A stretch of DNA of 32,000 bases from SAR202 cluster bacterium (GCA_022447925.1 JAKUTS010000004.1:95259-127258), one strand, 5' to 3'. Counted from the stretch's first letter, positions 9,110 to 17,903 are shown. Notes: generated by a model not told the origin, from the sequence alone. Numbers and translations: made by a program.

Positions 9110-10180
9110 TCATAAAGGCAAATTTATTGTCTTTCGTTCCTGAATTGATTTGTGTACAGCTTCAGTGTACTCCATATACTTAACTCCATCAGCAAATGTG
9201 GTGTGTACTACAGGTTCTTGTCCACGAATAGCTCCTACAAATTCCTCCTCTACCCGCCAATATCCTTTGTCTTCCTTTGAAACCTCTATCTTTTTTAATC
9301 CTTCATCATTCTTAGTAGCACCGTAAATAGTCACCGCATCGAGATCTAAGTTGTCAGGAGTTAAAACGCCTTGAGTATCAATCCGAATGGTTCCCTCAGA
9401 ACCATAAATCCAAATTTGATCTCCAGGAGCGTGTCCGGTAATTGTAGTAAATCGCAAATGACCAATTGCACCGGGAGGAAAATTGCAAATAACTTCAAGA
9501 TGATCAGGAATATCAATAAAACTAACTTTGCCTTCAGAGTCTTTCCGTTGATTTACATTAACTTTACCAACAGCAGTTACTGATGAAGCATGTCCTATCC
9601 ATCGAACTAAGGCCTCATACCAAATCCCCATCAACATCACGTTATATCCAGACAAATCTCGATTGAGCCTCCAATGCATCTGGCTTTCTTTATCAATAAA
9701 ATCACCAGTATGGCTTGTTAGCTGAACAGAAAGTATTTCTCCAACATATCCATCTGAAATTAATTTTTTGATTGTTTTATCAATTCCAAATGTGAATGGT
9801 GACGGAACGATCTGAGCCACTAACTCCGGGTATGACCTTGACACTTCCAACATCGCATTAGCTTCAGCTGCGTTCATAGCCATTCGTGCCTCTGTTAATA
9901 CATGTTTGCCAGCATTAAATGCGGCCATAGTCATTGGATAATGCATATATGGCCATGTTCCGATACATACAGCATCGATTTCCCTATCATCTATTAGATC
10001 AGGCCAGGATTCATAAACCTTAGGGATATTAAATTCAGCAGCTACTTTTTCTCCTGACTCTTTAGAACGATTAGATACTGCAACAACTTGAACACCATCA
10101 ATAGCTTGGAATCCAGGAATATGCTTAACCCTAGTGTTCAAACCGGCGCCTATAATTCCTATTTTCAACTTTTTTTTCAA
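9110..10180 (-). CDS. Gfo/Idh/MocA family NAD(P)-dependent oxidoreductase
   Basis: TTG start with GGAGGAG 10 nt upstream. N-terminal Rossmann motif KIGIIGAGLNTRVKHIPGF, and the motif HVLTEARMA occupies the position of the family's conserved EKP motif. Confidence 0.8.
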   Translation of the reverse strand: MKKKLKIGIIGAGLNTRVKHIPGFQAIDGVQVVAVSNRSKESGEKVAAEFNIPKVYESWPDLIDDREIDAVCIGTWPYMHYPMTMAAFNAGKHVLTEARMAMNAAEANAMLEVSRSYPELVAQIVPSPFTFGIDKTIKKLISDGYVGEILSVQLTSHTGDFIDKESQMHWRLNRDLSGYNVMLMGIWYEALVRWIGHASSVTAVGKVNVNQRKDSEGKVSFIDIPDHLEVICNFPPGAIGHLRFTTITGHAPGDQIWIYGSEGTIRIDTQGVLTPDNLDLDAVTIYGATKNDEGLKKIEVSKEDKGYWRVEEEFVGAIRGQEPVVHTTFADGVKYMEYTEAVHKSIQERKTINLPL

Positions 10181-10248
10181 TCGAACAATTCTCCTCCGTC
10201 TGAATTAAGAATACCAAACCATAGCTTTCACTAATGTTTGAGTGATTA

Positions 10249-11076
10249 TTATATGACCTCTGTTGATTCGCCGATCGTTTTTGATTCTTCACCCATTATC
10301 TCTGCACCGAACTCTTGTATGGTCGTAAAGTCATTCCGGTATCCTTGATGAATTTGTCTGCGATCACTTGAATGTAATACAAATCTAGCTCCTTCCTTGA
10401 GCCACTTTTTGGTTAGATCAACCGATTGATGATGAATAAGAACCGGAGTATTTTTGCCTTGACAAGATTTTATAATCTGACGCAAGGCTGATTCATAATC
10501 AGGATGATCATATTGATTTGGAATCCCTAAAGATATTGTTAAGTCATTAGGGCCAACAAAAATCGCATCTATGCCATTTATTTCCAAGATTTTATCTAGG
10601 TTTTCAACCGCCGGTACGCTTTCAATTCCGATGATACAGACTGAGTTTCTATTTAAATCTTCTAAGTACTTACGAGATTGTTCACTTGGGAAAACACCTT
10701 CTTCTACTACTCGTCTTACTCCAGCGCCTTTTAATGGCCTGTACTTGCAAGCTCCGATAACCTCTCTTACTTCTTCAACAGTTTCGCAGTATGGAGCTAA
10801 AACGCCATGGGCTCCGGCATCTAGTGCCATCGTAACGTAATGTGAGTCTGGTATGGGAATACGAACAATTGGAACGACGTCTGTTGATTGAATCGCAACG
10901 AGGTAATCGGCCACTTCTGCCCTTCCTCTTGGGGCATGTTCCATATCGATAACCACATAGTCTAAACCGAGATCGGATATTGCACTCGTCCACCTTGGAT
11001 TCCGCCCCATGCTTATCATAGAACCATATACCACCCCACCCCGTTTGGTTTTACGTTTCAGTTGCTCTCCATTCAT
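10249..11076 (-). CDS. HpcH/HpaI family class II (metal-dependent) 2-keto-3-deoxy-acid aldolase
   Basis: Motifs LGLDYVVIDMEHAP and DAIFVGPNDLTISLG are typical of HpaI/HpcH/GarL-type pyruvate aldolases. ATG with AAGGA upstream. Confidence 0.8.
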   Translation of the reverse strand: MNGEQLKRKTKRGGVVYGSMISMGRNPRWTSAISDLGLDYVVIDMEHAPRGRAEVADYLVAIQSTDVVPIVRIPIPDSHYVTMALDAGAHGVLAPYCETVEEVREVIGACKYRPLKGAGVRRVVEEGVFPSEQSRKYLEDLNRNSVCIIGIESVPAVENLDKILEINGIDAIFVGPNDLTISLGIPNQYDHPDYESALRQIIKSCQGKNTPVLIHHQSVDLTKKWLKEGARFVLHSSDRRQIHQGYRNDFTTIQEFGAEIMGEESKTIGESTEVI

Positions 11077-11125
11077 GGTTTTATCCTTTGTAATAATAGA
11101 CTGGTACTAATAAGCTGCATCTGTG

Positions 11126-11153
11126 ATTCTACATGTAGATTAGATCAAATCAA
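11126..11153 (-). promoter_or_regulatory. Candidate sigma70-type promoter for the aldolase operon
   Basis: On the minus strand: TTGATT (11153-11148), 16-nt spacer, TAGAAT (11131-11126), about 50 nt upstream of the aldolase ATG. Hexamer matching only; AT-rich DNA produces false matches. Confidence 0.35.
11128..11139. promoter_or_regulatory. Perfect 12-bp palindrome TCTACATGTAGA, a candidate operator overlapping the putative -10
   Basis: The sequence is its own reverse complement. It lies in the 151-bp divergent intergenic region between the aldolase operon and the MFS gene, and overlaps the TAGAAT hexamer. Confidence 0.35.
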
Positions 11154-11159
11154 GATTGT

Positions 11160-11188
11160 TTGCGTTAATGTCTCACTAAGAATAGTAT
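11160..11188 (+). promoter_or_regulatory. Candidate sigma70-type promoter for the MFS transporter gene
   Basis: TTGCGT (11160-11165), 17-nt spacer, TAGTAT (11183-11188), 40 nt upstream of ATG 11228. Hexamer matching only. Confidence 0.3.
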
Positions 11189-11227
11189 GTTTTATTCTCA
11201 GAAAGAAAATTTTTATGGAAATAGAAT

Positions 11228-12484
11228 ATGAATAAAAGCTGGGCGGTTCTCGGAACAGGATTTATTGTTCTGTTTTTCAACGCCGGCATATTATCCGCCT
11301 TCGGTTTAATACTGCCTGACATGAGTGAAGATACTGGCTGGAGTCGATCATCTTTGTCTTTAGCCGTTACGATCTTCATGATTGTATCTGCGGTGGCCAT
11401 GCCATTTGTTGGTAGGATCGCGGATCGGTTTGATATCCGAACAATACTAATAATTGGTACAGTTATAGTTGCACTTGGAACTGGATTGATCTGGTTCATT
11501 CAAGATTTTTGGCAATTAGTCATTTTGTATGGCGTAGTCTTTGCTATAGGGCATGCAGCATCGTCAATACCAGCTATTAGCGTTATGGTAAGTCGATGGT
11601 GGCCTAAATCGCCAGGATTAGCTAACAGCGCCGCTATTGCCGGTATGGGTTTAGGTCCTTTCGTAATTGTAGTAATACTTACTTTGTTACTGTTTATTGG
11701 ATGGAGAAACATTTACGCAATTATAGGCATAGTTAACATATTGGTTGTGCTGCCGATTGTAATGTTATTTGCCAAATCTCGCCCTAATGGAATTACCGAT
11801 CAGGCAAGTGGTGATATAGAACGTGCAGAAAGTCGCGACAATATCAGAGATATGATTCCAATAGTTAACACTGGTGATGTTAAAGGATTTAAACTCGCCA
11901 CTGTTTTAGGCACATCCAAACACATGTGGTTACTACTGTTCGTTTTCGGGATATGTGGGTTTCAAGACTTTTTTGTTAACACTCATTTGGTCGCATTTGC
12001 AAACGATAACGAAATTGGTAAAGCTTTGTCAGGATTCATACTTGCGTTAATGGGTTTGATGGGTCTTCCGGGAGTAATAATATGTGGTTATATAACTGAT
12101 CGATTTGGACCGGCTATCCCAACATTAATCTGCTTCCTAATAAGAACGGTTATATTCGCTATAATAATTTATTACCAAAATACCAGCACCATCGTTGTTT
12201 TCAGTTTATTCTATGGCAGCACCTTCTTGATCACTGCACCCTTAGTAGCAATATATGCGAAACAGGTATTTGGATCAAAACTTATGGGCCTGACCGGAGG
12301 AATAATAATAATGGTACATCAACTGTTGGGAGGATTGGGAGCTGTATTAGGAGCAATGATATTTGACAGCCTAGGAAGCTATGACCTAGCTTTTATTGTG
12401 TCACTTGTGACTTCAATATTAGCGATCCTGATTTCATTGAAATTACATCAGATTTATTTATTATCACGTTCAATTAACAATTAA
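11228..12484 (+). CDS. MFS transporter
   Basis: 418 aa, about 12 hydrophobic segments with a central hydrophilic loop (residues about 190-215). Loop 2-3 reads MPFVGRIADRFDIR, resembling MFS motif A (GxxxDRxGRR). Confidence 0.8.
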   Translation: MNKSWAVLGTGFIVLFFNAGILSAFGLILPDMSEDTGWSRSSLSLAVTIFMIVSAVAMPFVGRIADRFDIRTILIIGTVIVALGTGLIWFIQDFWQLVILYGVVFAIGHAASSIPAISVMVSRWWPKSPGLANSAAIAGMGLGPFVIVVILTLLLFIGWRNIYAIIGIVNILVVLPIVMLFAKSRPNGITDQASGDIERAESRDNIRDMIPIVNTGDVKGFKLATVLGTSKHMWLLLFVFGICGFQDFFVNTHLVAFANDNEIGKALSGFILALMGLMGLPGVIICGYITDRFGPAIPTLICFLIRTVIFAIIIYYQNTSTIVVFSLFYGSTFLITAPLVAIYAKQVFGSKLMGLTGGIIIMVHQLLGGLGAVLGAMIFDSLGSYDLAFIVSLVTSILAILISLKLHQIYLLSRSINN

Positions 12485-13380
12485 ATATTCAGGGATTCCA
12501 TTAATTTATCAAGTTCTCTAAAAGCAATTTGATCAGGCTTTGCTGTCGGCATCCTAACATTAACAGACTTAATGACTCCTCTCCTTTTTAGAATTTCTTT
12601 ATCTAGATGATAAGAAAAATCTAACGACCTCGTAAGGAGCGAGAGTAATGGACCTATTTTTTCCATATGTGTATATGCGTCATCTTTTCTGCCTCTTTTC
12701 CAATACTCCCAAGCTTTTGAATAGAATTCCGGAACTACACATCCAGGCATGGTGCCTTCTGAACCACGATTTAACTCAGAAACAAAATTAGTTCCCCAAG
12801 CTCCACCAAAAACTATGACTTCATCTCCTCCAAGGTTTTTGAGTTCAGTGGTTCTCATAGTTGTTGGGGGTGTTTCAGCTTTAGCGTATTTTGCATATTC
12901 TGTAGCCCTAACTATCTCAATCATAACTGCAGGAGGAATAGGTGAAGTCCATATGTCTTGAATAAACATAGGCATCTTTACTTTTTCTGAAATCTCTACG
13001 TAATGTTTCACAATAATGTCATTAGGCACTGGTAGCACTGTAGGTGGTGTTACCATCAAGGCGTCTGCTCCAAGCTCCTTTGCACTTGAACTATACTTTA
13101 AAGCTAAATCAGTACCCTGAGCTCCAGTATGCATTACCACATTCACCCTTCCGTTCACTTGATCCACTACTGCTTTTAATACAAGATCTCTTTCGGATTC
13201 CGACATCTTAAAAATTTCCGAACCCATTGCGATACCTAATCCATCAGCTCCGCTAGCTACAACAAACTCAGTCAATTTTCGTAAGTCTTCGTAGTCAATA
13301 CGTGATTTTTCATCGAACGGCATATACAAGATTGGATATACACCAGCAAATTTAGGAAGTGATTTTGTTTTATTTGACAT
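12481..13380 (-). CDS. Dihydrodipicolinate synthase / N-acetylneuraminate lyase family (class I pyruvate aldolase or dehydratase)
   Basis: 299 aa with the DapA-family layout: GVYPILYMPFDE...ADGLGIAMGSEIFKMSESER...HTGAQGT. The Schiff-base lysine region is plausibly AKYAKAETP. Specific substrate unknown. Confidence 0.7.
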   Translation of the reverse strand: MSNKTKSLPKFAGVYPILYMPFDEKSRIDYEDLRKLTEFVVASGADGLGIAMGSEIFKMSESERDLVLKAVVDQVNGRVNVVMHTGAQGTDLALKYSSSAKELGADALMVTPPTVLPVPNDIIVKHYVEISEKVKMPMFIQDIWTSPIPPAVMIEIVRATEYAKYAKAETPPTTMRTTELKNLGGDEVIVFGGAWGTNFVSELNRGSEGTMPGCVVPEFYSKAWEYWKRGRKDDAYTHMEKIGPLLSLLTRSLDFSYHLDKEILKRRGVIKSVNVRMPTAKPDQIAFRELDKLMESLNI

Positions 13381-13405
13381 TTAATTCCTACCTATAAATC
13401 AAGAA

Positions 13406-13432
13406 AGCCCGGCAAGTTATCTCAGCCGAGCT
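13406..13432 (-). terminator. Intra-cluster stem-loop (possible partial intrinsic terminator)
   Basis: The minus-strand RNA forms AGCUCGGC-loop-GCCGGGCU (8 bp including one G-U), followed by UUCUUGAUUUAU. It sits between the class III aminotransferase stop and the DapA-family start. Confidence 0.4.
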
Positions 13433-13457
13433 CTCTAGTAAGCACCCTTAAACTTTT

Positions 13458-14798
13458 TTATACTATCCCGTCAGTTCTCAAGTCTTTAAGGGCCTGATCA
13501 AAACCAGCTATTGTACGATCCACAACATCATCTGTATGAGCTGATGATACTACAAAGCACATGCCATTCCAGTCCATTCCATCAGCACCATTTACTAATA
13601 CAGCTCTCTTTAGTGCGCCAGTCTTATCATTGGGCATACTTCGATAAATTTCATCGAACGGCATAGTACAAATATTTCGATCACAATCACAATCATAGCC
13701 CATATTCACCTGGACAAGCGAGGATATACCGTGGGCATGGCCTGTTATCTCATTTTTAGCGAAGGCATCATTAATACCTTCTTTTAGCCTTAATGCTGCA
13801 GAATCGGCGAGTTCAATCACGTTAGTATTCCAGATATCATCTAAATGAGCTATTCCAGCTACTGCAGCAGTAGGTTGAGCATTATATGTGCCAGCCTGCG
13901 CGACTCTCTTAGAAGAATCATGAATAGGGTCTCCGGTTTTCGCCATAACATCCATTACGTGTTTCTTACCACCAACCGCAGCTCCAGGTTGTCCGCCTGC
14001 CATGATTTTTGCCATTGTAGTTATATCAGGGTCAAGGTCCCATCTCTCCTGAGCACCACCTTTAGATAACCTGAAACCTGTAATCACCTCGTCCATAATA
14101 AACATTACGTTGTGTTTACGGCATGTCTCTTGTAAATCATGAAGAAAAGTCGGGTTTTGCAACGGAAATGTTCCAAAATGTGCTCCGTTACACTCCACAA
14201 TTACACCGGCCACATCATCCCTTTGAGAAAGAATATTATCGACTTCTTTTATATCAGGTTGAGCAACAATTATTTGATCTAAAGTGGCTTTTGGAATACC
14301 ACCAGTAGACTGGCCAGAATCGATAGTGGCATAGTCCTGCCACCCATGAAAGTGTTCATAGAATTTAATTATCTTGTCTTTGCCTGTATATCCACGTGCT
14401 ATTCTCATTGCTAATAAAGTTGATTCCGTACCTGATGATGTAAATCTCACTGAATCTAACTTAGGCATATTTCTCTTTACTGCCTCAGCATATCGTGTCT
14501 CGTGAGTAGTGGCACCGCCTAAATGTGTGCCTTTACCCATCTGGGAATTTATAGCATCCATCACGCTCTTAGGATTGTGCCCTAGTAACAGACTTCCATT
14601 ACCCATTACATAATCAACTATTTCATTTCCATCAACGTCATATTTAAACGGACCATCTGCCCATTCATAATATGTTGGAAATGGAGCTACGAAGCGCGAT
14701 TGATGAGTGACTCCGCCAGCAAAAGCATTTTTCCCTCTCTCGTACCAAGCAGCTGAATTTGCGAACATATCGGCATATTTTTTATCTATAACGCTCAT
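13458..14798 (-). CDS. Class III PLP-dependent aminotransferase (glutamate-1-semialdehyde aminomutase-like / omega-transaminase)
   Basis: FIMDEVITGFRLSKGGAQE matches the HemL-like DEV(M/I)TGFR motif, and MAKIMAGGQP is in the PLP-lysine region. I prefer the second ATG (14798) because GGAGGA lies 7 nt upstream of it. The track start 14813 is 5 codons longer. Confidence 0.8.
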   Translation of the reverse strand: MSVIDKKYADMFANSAAWYERGKNAFAGGVTHQSRFVAPFPTYYEWADGPFKYDVDGNEIVDYVMGNGSLLLGHNPKSVMDAINSQMGKGTHLGGATTHETRYAEAVKRNMPKLDSVRFTSSGTESTLLAMRIARGYTGKDKIIKFYEHFHGWQDYATIDSGQSTGGIPKATLDQIIVAQPDIKEVDNILSQRDDVAGVIVECNGAHFGTFPLQNPTFLHDLQETCRKHNVMFIMDEVITGFRLSKGGAQERWDLDPDITTMAKIMAGGQPGAAVGGKKHVMDVMAKTGDPIHDSSKRVAQAGTYNAQPTAAVAGIAHLDDIWNTNVIELADSAALRLKEGINDAFAKNEITGHAHGISSLVQVNMGYDCDCDRNICTMPFDEIYRSMPNDKTGALKRAVLVNGADGMDWNGMCFVVSSAHTDDVVDRTIAGFDQALKDLRTDGIV

Positions 14799-14906
14799 AT
14801 GATTATCCTCCATGAATTACATTAGACTGATCAAGTTGAGTTAATTGCTAAGCCTAGAACACGTACTATAATCATGACTAATTTATGCGTCAAGCCAATA
14901 GTTAAT

Positions 14907-15659
14907 TTAATACGTAGCACGACCACCAGATATATCAAAAACCCCAGCAGTAGTGAACGAACATTCTTCCGAAGCAACCCAAGTAACAAGCGAAGCTATT
15001 TCTGATAATTCAACCGGACGCCCTAATGGTATTTTTGAAATCATGTAATCGACTACCTCTGGTGAGGTTTGGTCAAGGATTGCAGTGTGAGCAACAGCTG
15101 GAGTAACACAATTAACCCGGATTCCAGTATCAGATAATTCTTTTCCAACAGACTTAGTTAGACCAATAACGGCAGCCTTAGTAGATGAATAAGGTACCAT
15201 TTTAGGGTTTCCTTCTTTTCCAGCAATTGAGGCAATATTGACTATTCGCCCATAATCATTCCTCAACATTAACGGTATTGCTTTTTGGCAAAATAAATAT
15301 GTAGCTCTGAGGTTGGTACGATAAACTCTATCCATCTCGGTAACTGGTAATTCCCATATTGAGCCCGGATCTCCTGTGATCCCTGCATTATTAATTAAAA
15401 CATCAAGGCGATCCCAATTTTCTTTAGCTTGAGCCACAGCGTTTTCGGCAACTTTTTCATCTGAAACATCCCCAATCACTAAAACAGTATTTATTCCAGA
15501 TGCATTAAGCTCGGCGGCAGTCCGTTTTCCTGACTCATCATCACGGTCAACAATAACTAAATTAGATCCTTCGCCGCCCAAGCGTTGAGCAATAGAATAT
15601 CCAATGCCTGATGCCCCTCCAGTGATAATAGAAACTTGATTACTAAATCTTTTCTTCAT
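14907..15659 (-). CDS. Short-chain dehydrogenase/reductase (classical SDR)
   Basis: TGGASGIG cofactor motif, NNAG, and catalytic YSSTKAA (YxxxK). Confidence 0.9.
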   Translation of the reverse strand: MKKRFSNQVSIITGGASGIGYSIAQRLGGEGSNLVIVDRDDESGKRTAAELNASGINTVLVIGDVSDEKVAENAVAQAKENWDRLDVLINNAGITGDPGSIWELPVTEMDRVYRTNLRATYLFCQKAIPLMLRNDYGRIVNIASIAGKEGNPKMVPYSSTKAAVIGLTKSVGKELSDTGIRVNCVTPAVAHTAILDQTSPEVVDYMISKIPLGRPVELSEIASLVTWVASEECSFTTAGVFDISGGRATY

Positions 15660-15694
15660 CTTTTATTAACCTGCTTAAATGTTTATTTCAATTT

Positions 15695-15901
15695 TTAATG
15701 TAATGGACAAATAAATATAGCTGTTTCTTCATACCATGAAAACATCGATCCTTTATTATCATCGGGTGATATTTCTGAATTTAAGCCAGTGTTAGTGCCG
15801 TTTATAGTTGCAGATTCAGCTATAGAATATGCAGAAACAAAAATTAAAAATATCACTAAGATAACCAAAACAATCGGGTAGATGTTAGGTATAGACTTCA
15901 A
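15695..15901 (-). CDS. Small single-pass membrane protein, hypothetical
   Basis: The only available start is TTG, overlapping the upstream TlpA-family stop (TTGA). One N-terminal TM helix; C terminus FICPLH. Its reality rests on the coupling geometry only. Confidence 0.35.
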   Translation of the reverse strand: MKSIPNIYPIVLVILVIFLIFVSAYSIAESATINGTNTGLNSEISPDDNKGSMFSWYEETAIFICPLH

Positions 15902-16443
15902 GGATTACCGTTAACTTCATATATTAGTTCAAACAACGTATCTTCAGTCAGAGTTCCAACCCACCTCTTAACTATTACACCGTTGTTATCAATAAAAAAT
16001 GTAACTGGCAAGCCAATAACTCCATAATCGATCGTTATTGAGCCGGTTTTATCAGGTCCATTTATATAATTCAGCCCAAACTCACTAATGAACTTTGCTG
16101 CGTCACTTGCTGTGTCTTGGATATTAACACCAACAAAAACAACTGATGGATTTAATTCAACAAAAAATTCTTCGAGGATTTCAGCCTCTTCCCTGCATGG
16201 AGAACACCATGATGCCCAAAAATTCACTACAACAGGTCTTCCAATTTGGTCATGCAACTTAAAGTTGTTCCCATCGAATGTAATAAATTCGAAATCAGGT
16301 GCCGGTTTGCCTACTAAATTCACTCCACTCTGGCCTGTTACTGAGGATCTTGAAGCTAAACCGTACGCTAACAATGAAATCAGAAGCACAAATAAAACAG
16401 ATAATATACTGAAACCGATAATTTTATTTCTGGTTAATGTCAT
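15898..16443 (-). CDS. TlpA/ResA/CcmG-family membrane-anchored thiol:disulfide oxidoreductase
   Basis: N-terminal signal anchor. Active site WASWCSPC (CxxC) and GVIGLPVTFFID, the cis-Pro region typical of CcmG/DsbE/ResA. Confidence 0.85.
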   Translation of the reverse strand: MTLTRNKIIGFSILSVLFVLLISLLAYGLASRSSVTGQSGVNLVGKPAPDFEFITFDGNNFKLHDQIGRPVVVNFWASWCSPCREEAEILEEFFVELNPSVVFVGVNIQDTASDAAKFISEFGLNYINGPDKTGSITIDYGVIGLPVTFFIDNNGVIVKRWVGTLTEDTLFELIYEVNGNP

Positions 16444-16564
16444 TTTTTAAAAATTTTAAAACTCTATCTAAATTGTAAGTAACAATCTATTTGCATGTCT
16501 AATTAGATATTAAAAACGATTAAAATATAATAAGAGTACTAAATGTTTACGAGGTTGATGAAAC

Positions 16565-17251
16565 ATGTCATTTAAAAAGTTGTATGGATGTATAAATTTT
16601 TCCATTGTCGTTTTAATTTTACTTGCAATGAGTGTATTCTCATGCACATCGGAAAACGAGATAGAAGACATTACAACTGCAAGCAAAATTGTTGACGAAG
16701 AGATCGTTGCTGAGCAAACAATAAATGAAATAGAAACTGCCGATTATGTTTCTGAATCACCCTCAGACTTAGAAACCGATCAAGCTGCGGGATTGATTGA
16801 TTCAATCTTAGTAGGCACGCAGGTTGGCAACAGAATACCCGAATTTAAAATTATTTACGAAGATGGGACTGAAGTTACATCTACAAGTCTTATAGAAAAC
16901 GGAAAGCCGGTATTTATGTATTTTGCTGCTTCATGGTGTCCAGGATGCACCAGGGAATTAGCTGAACTAAAGGAAGTATACCCTGAATTTACAGATGATA
17001 TCGTATTTATTTCTGTAGGTGTCGATCCAACTGAGACTATGTCTGAGCTAGTCAAATACAAGGAGAGACATAGTCATCCCTGGACCGTAGCAAAACCTTT
17101 GGGCCAAATGATTGCTGACCTTAAAGTCACAAGTCAATCTACCAAAATTGCATTTAATTCCGCCGGGGTAATTACTTATCGAGATGGCTATGGTAAAGGC
17201 AACAGAGAAGTTTGGGCAAAATGGATGGAAAACGAAGGAGAGGGTTTTTAA
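16565..17251 (+). CDS. Thioredoxin-fold (TlpA-like redoxin) lipoprotein
   Basis: Signal peptide with a lipobox-like VFSC, an acidic linker, then a redoxin domain with AASWCPGC. Confidence 0.75.
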   Translation: MSFKKLYGCINFSIVVLILLAMSVFSCTSENEIEDITTASKIVDEEIVAEQTINEIETADYVSESPSDLETDQAAGLIDSILVGTQVGNRIPEFKIIYEDGTEVTSTSLIENGKPVFMYFAASWCPGCTRELAELKEVYPEFTDDIVFISVGVDPTETMSELVKYKERHSHPWTVAKPLGQMIADLKVTSQSTKIAFNSAGVITYRDGYGKGNREVWAKWMENEGEGF

Positions 17252-17256
17252 TTATA

Positions 17257-17331
17257 TGGAGCGGAAGACGGGATTCGAACCCGCGACCCTCACCTTGGCA
17301 AGGTGATGCTCTACCACTGAGCCACTTCCGC
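17257..17331 (-). tRNA. tRNA-Gly (anticodon GCC), CCA encoded
   Basis: The reverse complement reads GCGGAAGTGGCTCAGTGGTAGAGCATCACCTTGCCAAGGTGAGGGTCGCGGGTTCGAATCCCGTCTTCCGCTCCA. It folds as a cloverleaf with a 7-bp acceptor stem, anticodon loop TTGCCAA and a GTTCGAATC T-loop. Confidence 0.95.
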
Positions 17332-17351
17332 TCTTATCTAAACTTTCGATG

Positions 17352-17424
<73 letters not shown>

Positions 17425-17434
17425 TTAGCAAGAA

Positions 17435-17463
17435 AGTATAGCTACAAAGTATATCAATAGTAA
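17435..17463 (-). promoter_or_regulatory. Candidate promoter of the tRNA-Phe/tRNA-Gly transcription unit
   Basis: On the minus strand: TTACTA (17463-17458), 17-nt spacer, TATACT (17440-17435). The -10 ends 10 nt upstream of the mature tRNA-Phe 5' end. Confidence 0.35.
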
Positions 17464-17585
17464 TGAGTTCGTAAAACTAACAATGAAACTAATAGTGAAA
17501 CTTTTTTAACTGGCTATTTTAGGACAAGTAGGTCTATCAGTATATCTCTGCTCTCTGGCAATTCTCGTGAGCATCAGGGAATATT

Positions 17586-17622
17586 AAAATAGCTCTCACA
17601 TAGAGTATGTAAGAGCTATTTT
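17586..17622. terminator. Intrinsic terminator hairpin downstream of the RRM-protein gene (symmetric, could act in both directions)
   Basis: AAAATAGCTCT (17586-17596) pairs perfectly with AGAGCTATTTT (17612-17622), an 11-bp stem with a 15-nt loop. A/T runs flank both sides. It begins 21 nt after the stop codon at 17643-17645. Confidence 0.6.
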
Positions 17623-17642
17623 ATATTGCGTTCTATTTGTGA

Positions 17643-17903
17643 TTAGTAACGAGGCTTTTCGCTACGAGGCTTAGCCTCATTAACTTTAAGCTGACGTCCA
17701 CCAACCTCATTGCCATTTACTGCATCGATAGCAGCTTTGGCTTCTTCGTCATTTTCCATCTCAACGAAACCAAATCCGCGTGACCTGCCGCTTTCTCTAT
17801 CAGTAATTATTTGTGCTGATACCACTTCGCCATGGGGTGCAAATGTTTCTCGTAACTCATTCTCATCAGTTTGCCATGACAAGTTGCCTACATAAATTCT
17901 CAT
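17643..17903 (-). CDS. RRM-type (RNP-1/RNP-2) glycine-poor RNA-binding protein
   Basis: RNP-2 IYVGNL and RNP-1 RGFGFVEM. 86 aa. AAGGAG lies 7 nt upstream of the ATG. Confidence 0.9.
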   Translation of the reverse strand: MRIYVGNLSWQTDENELRETFAPHGEVVSAQIITDRESGRSRGFGFVEMENDEEAKAAIDAVNGNEVGGRQLKVNEAKPRSEKPRY

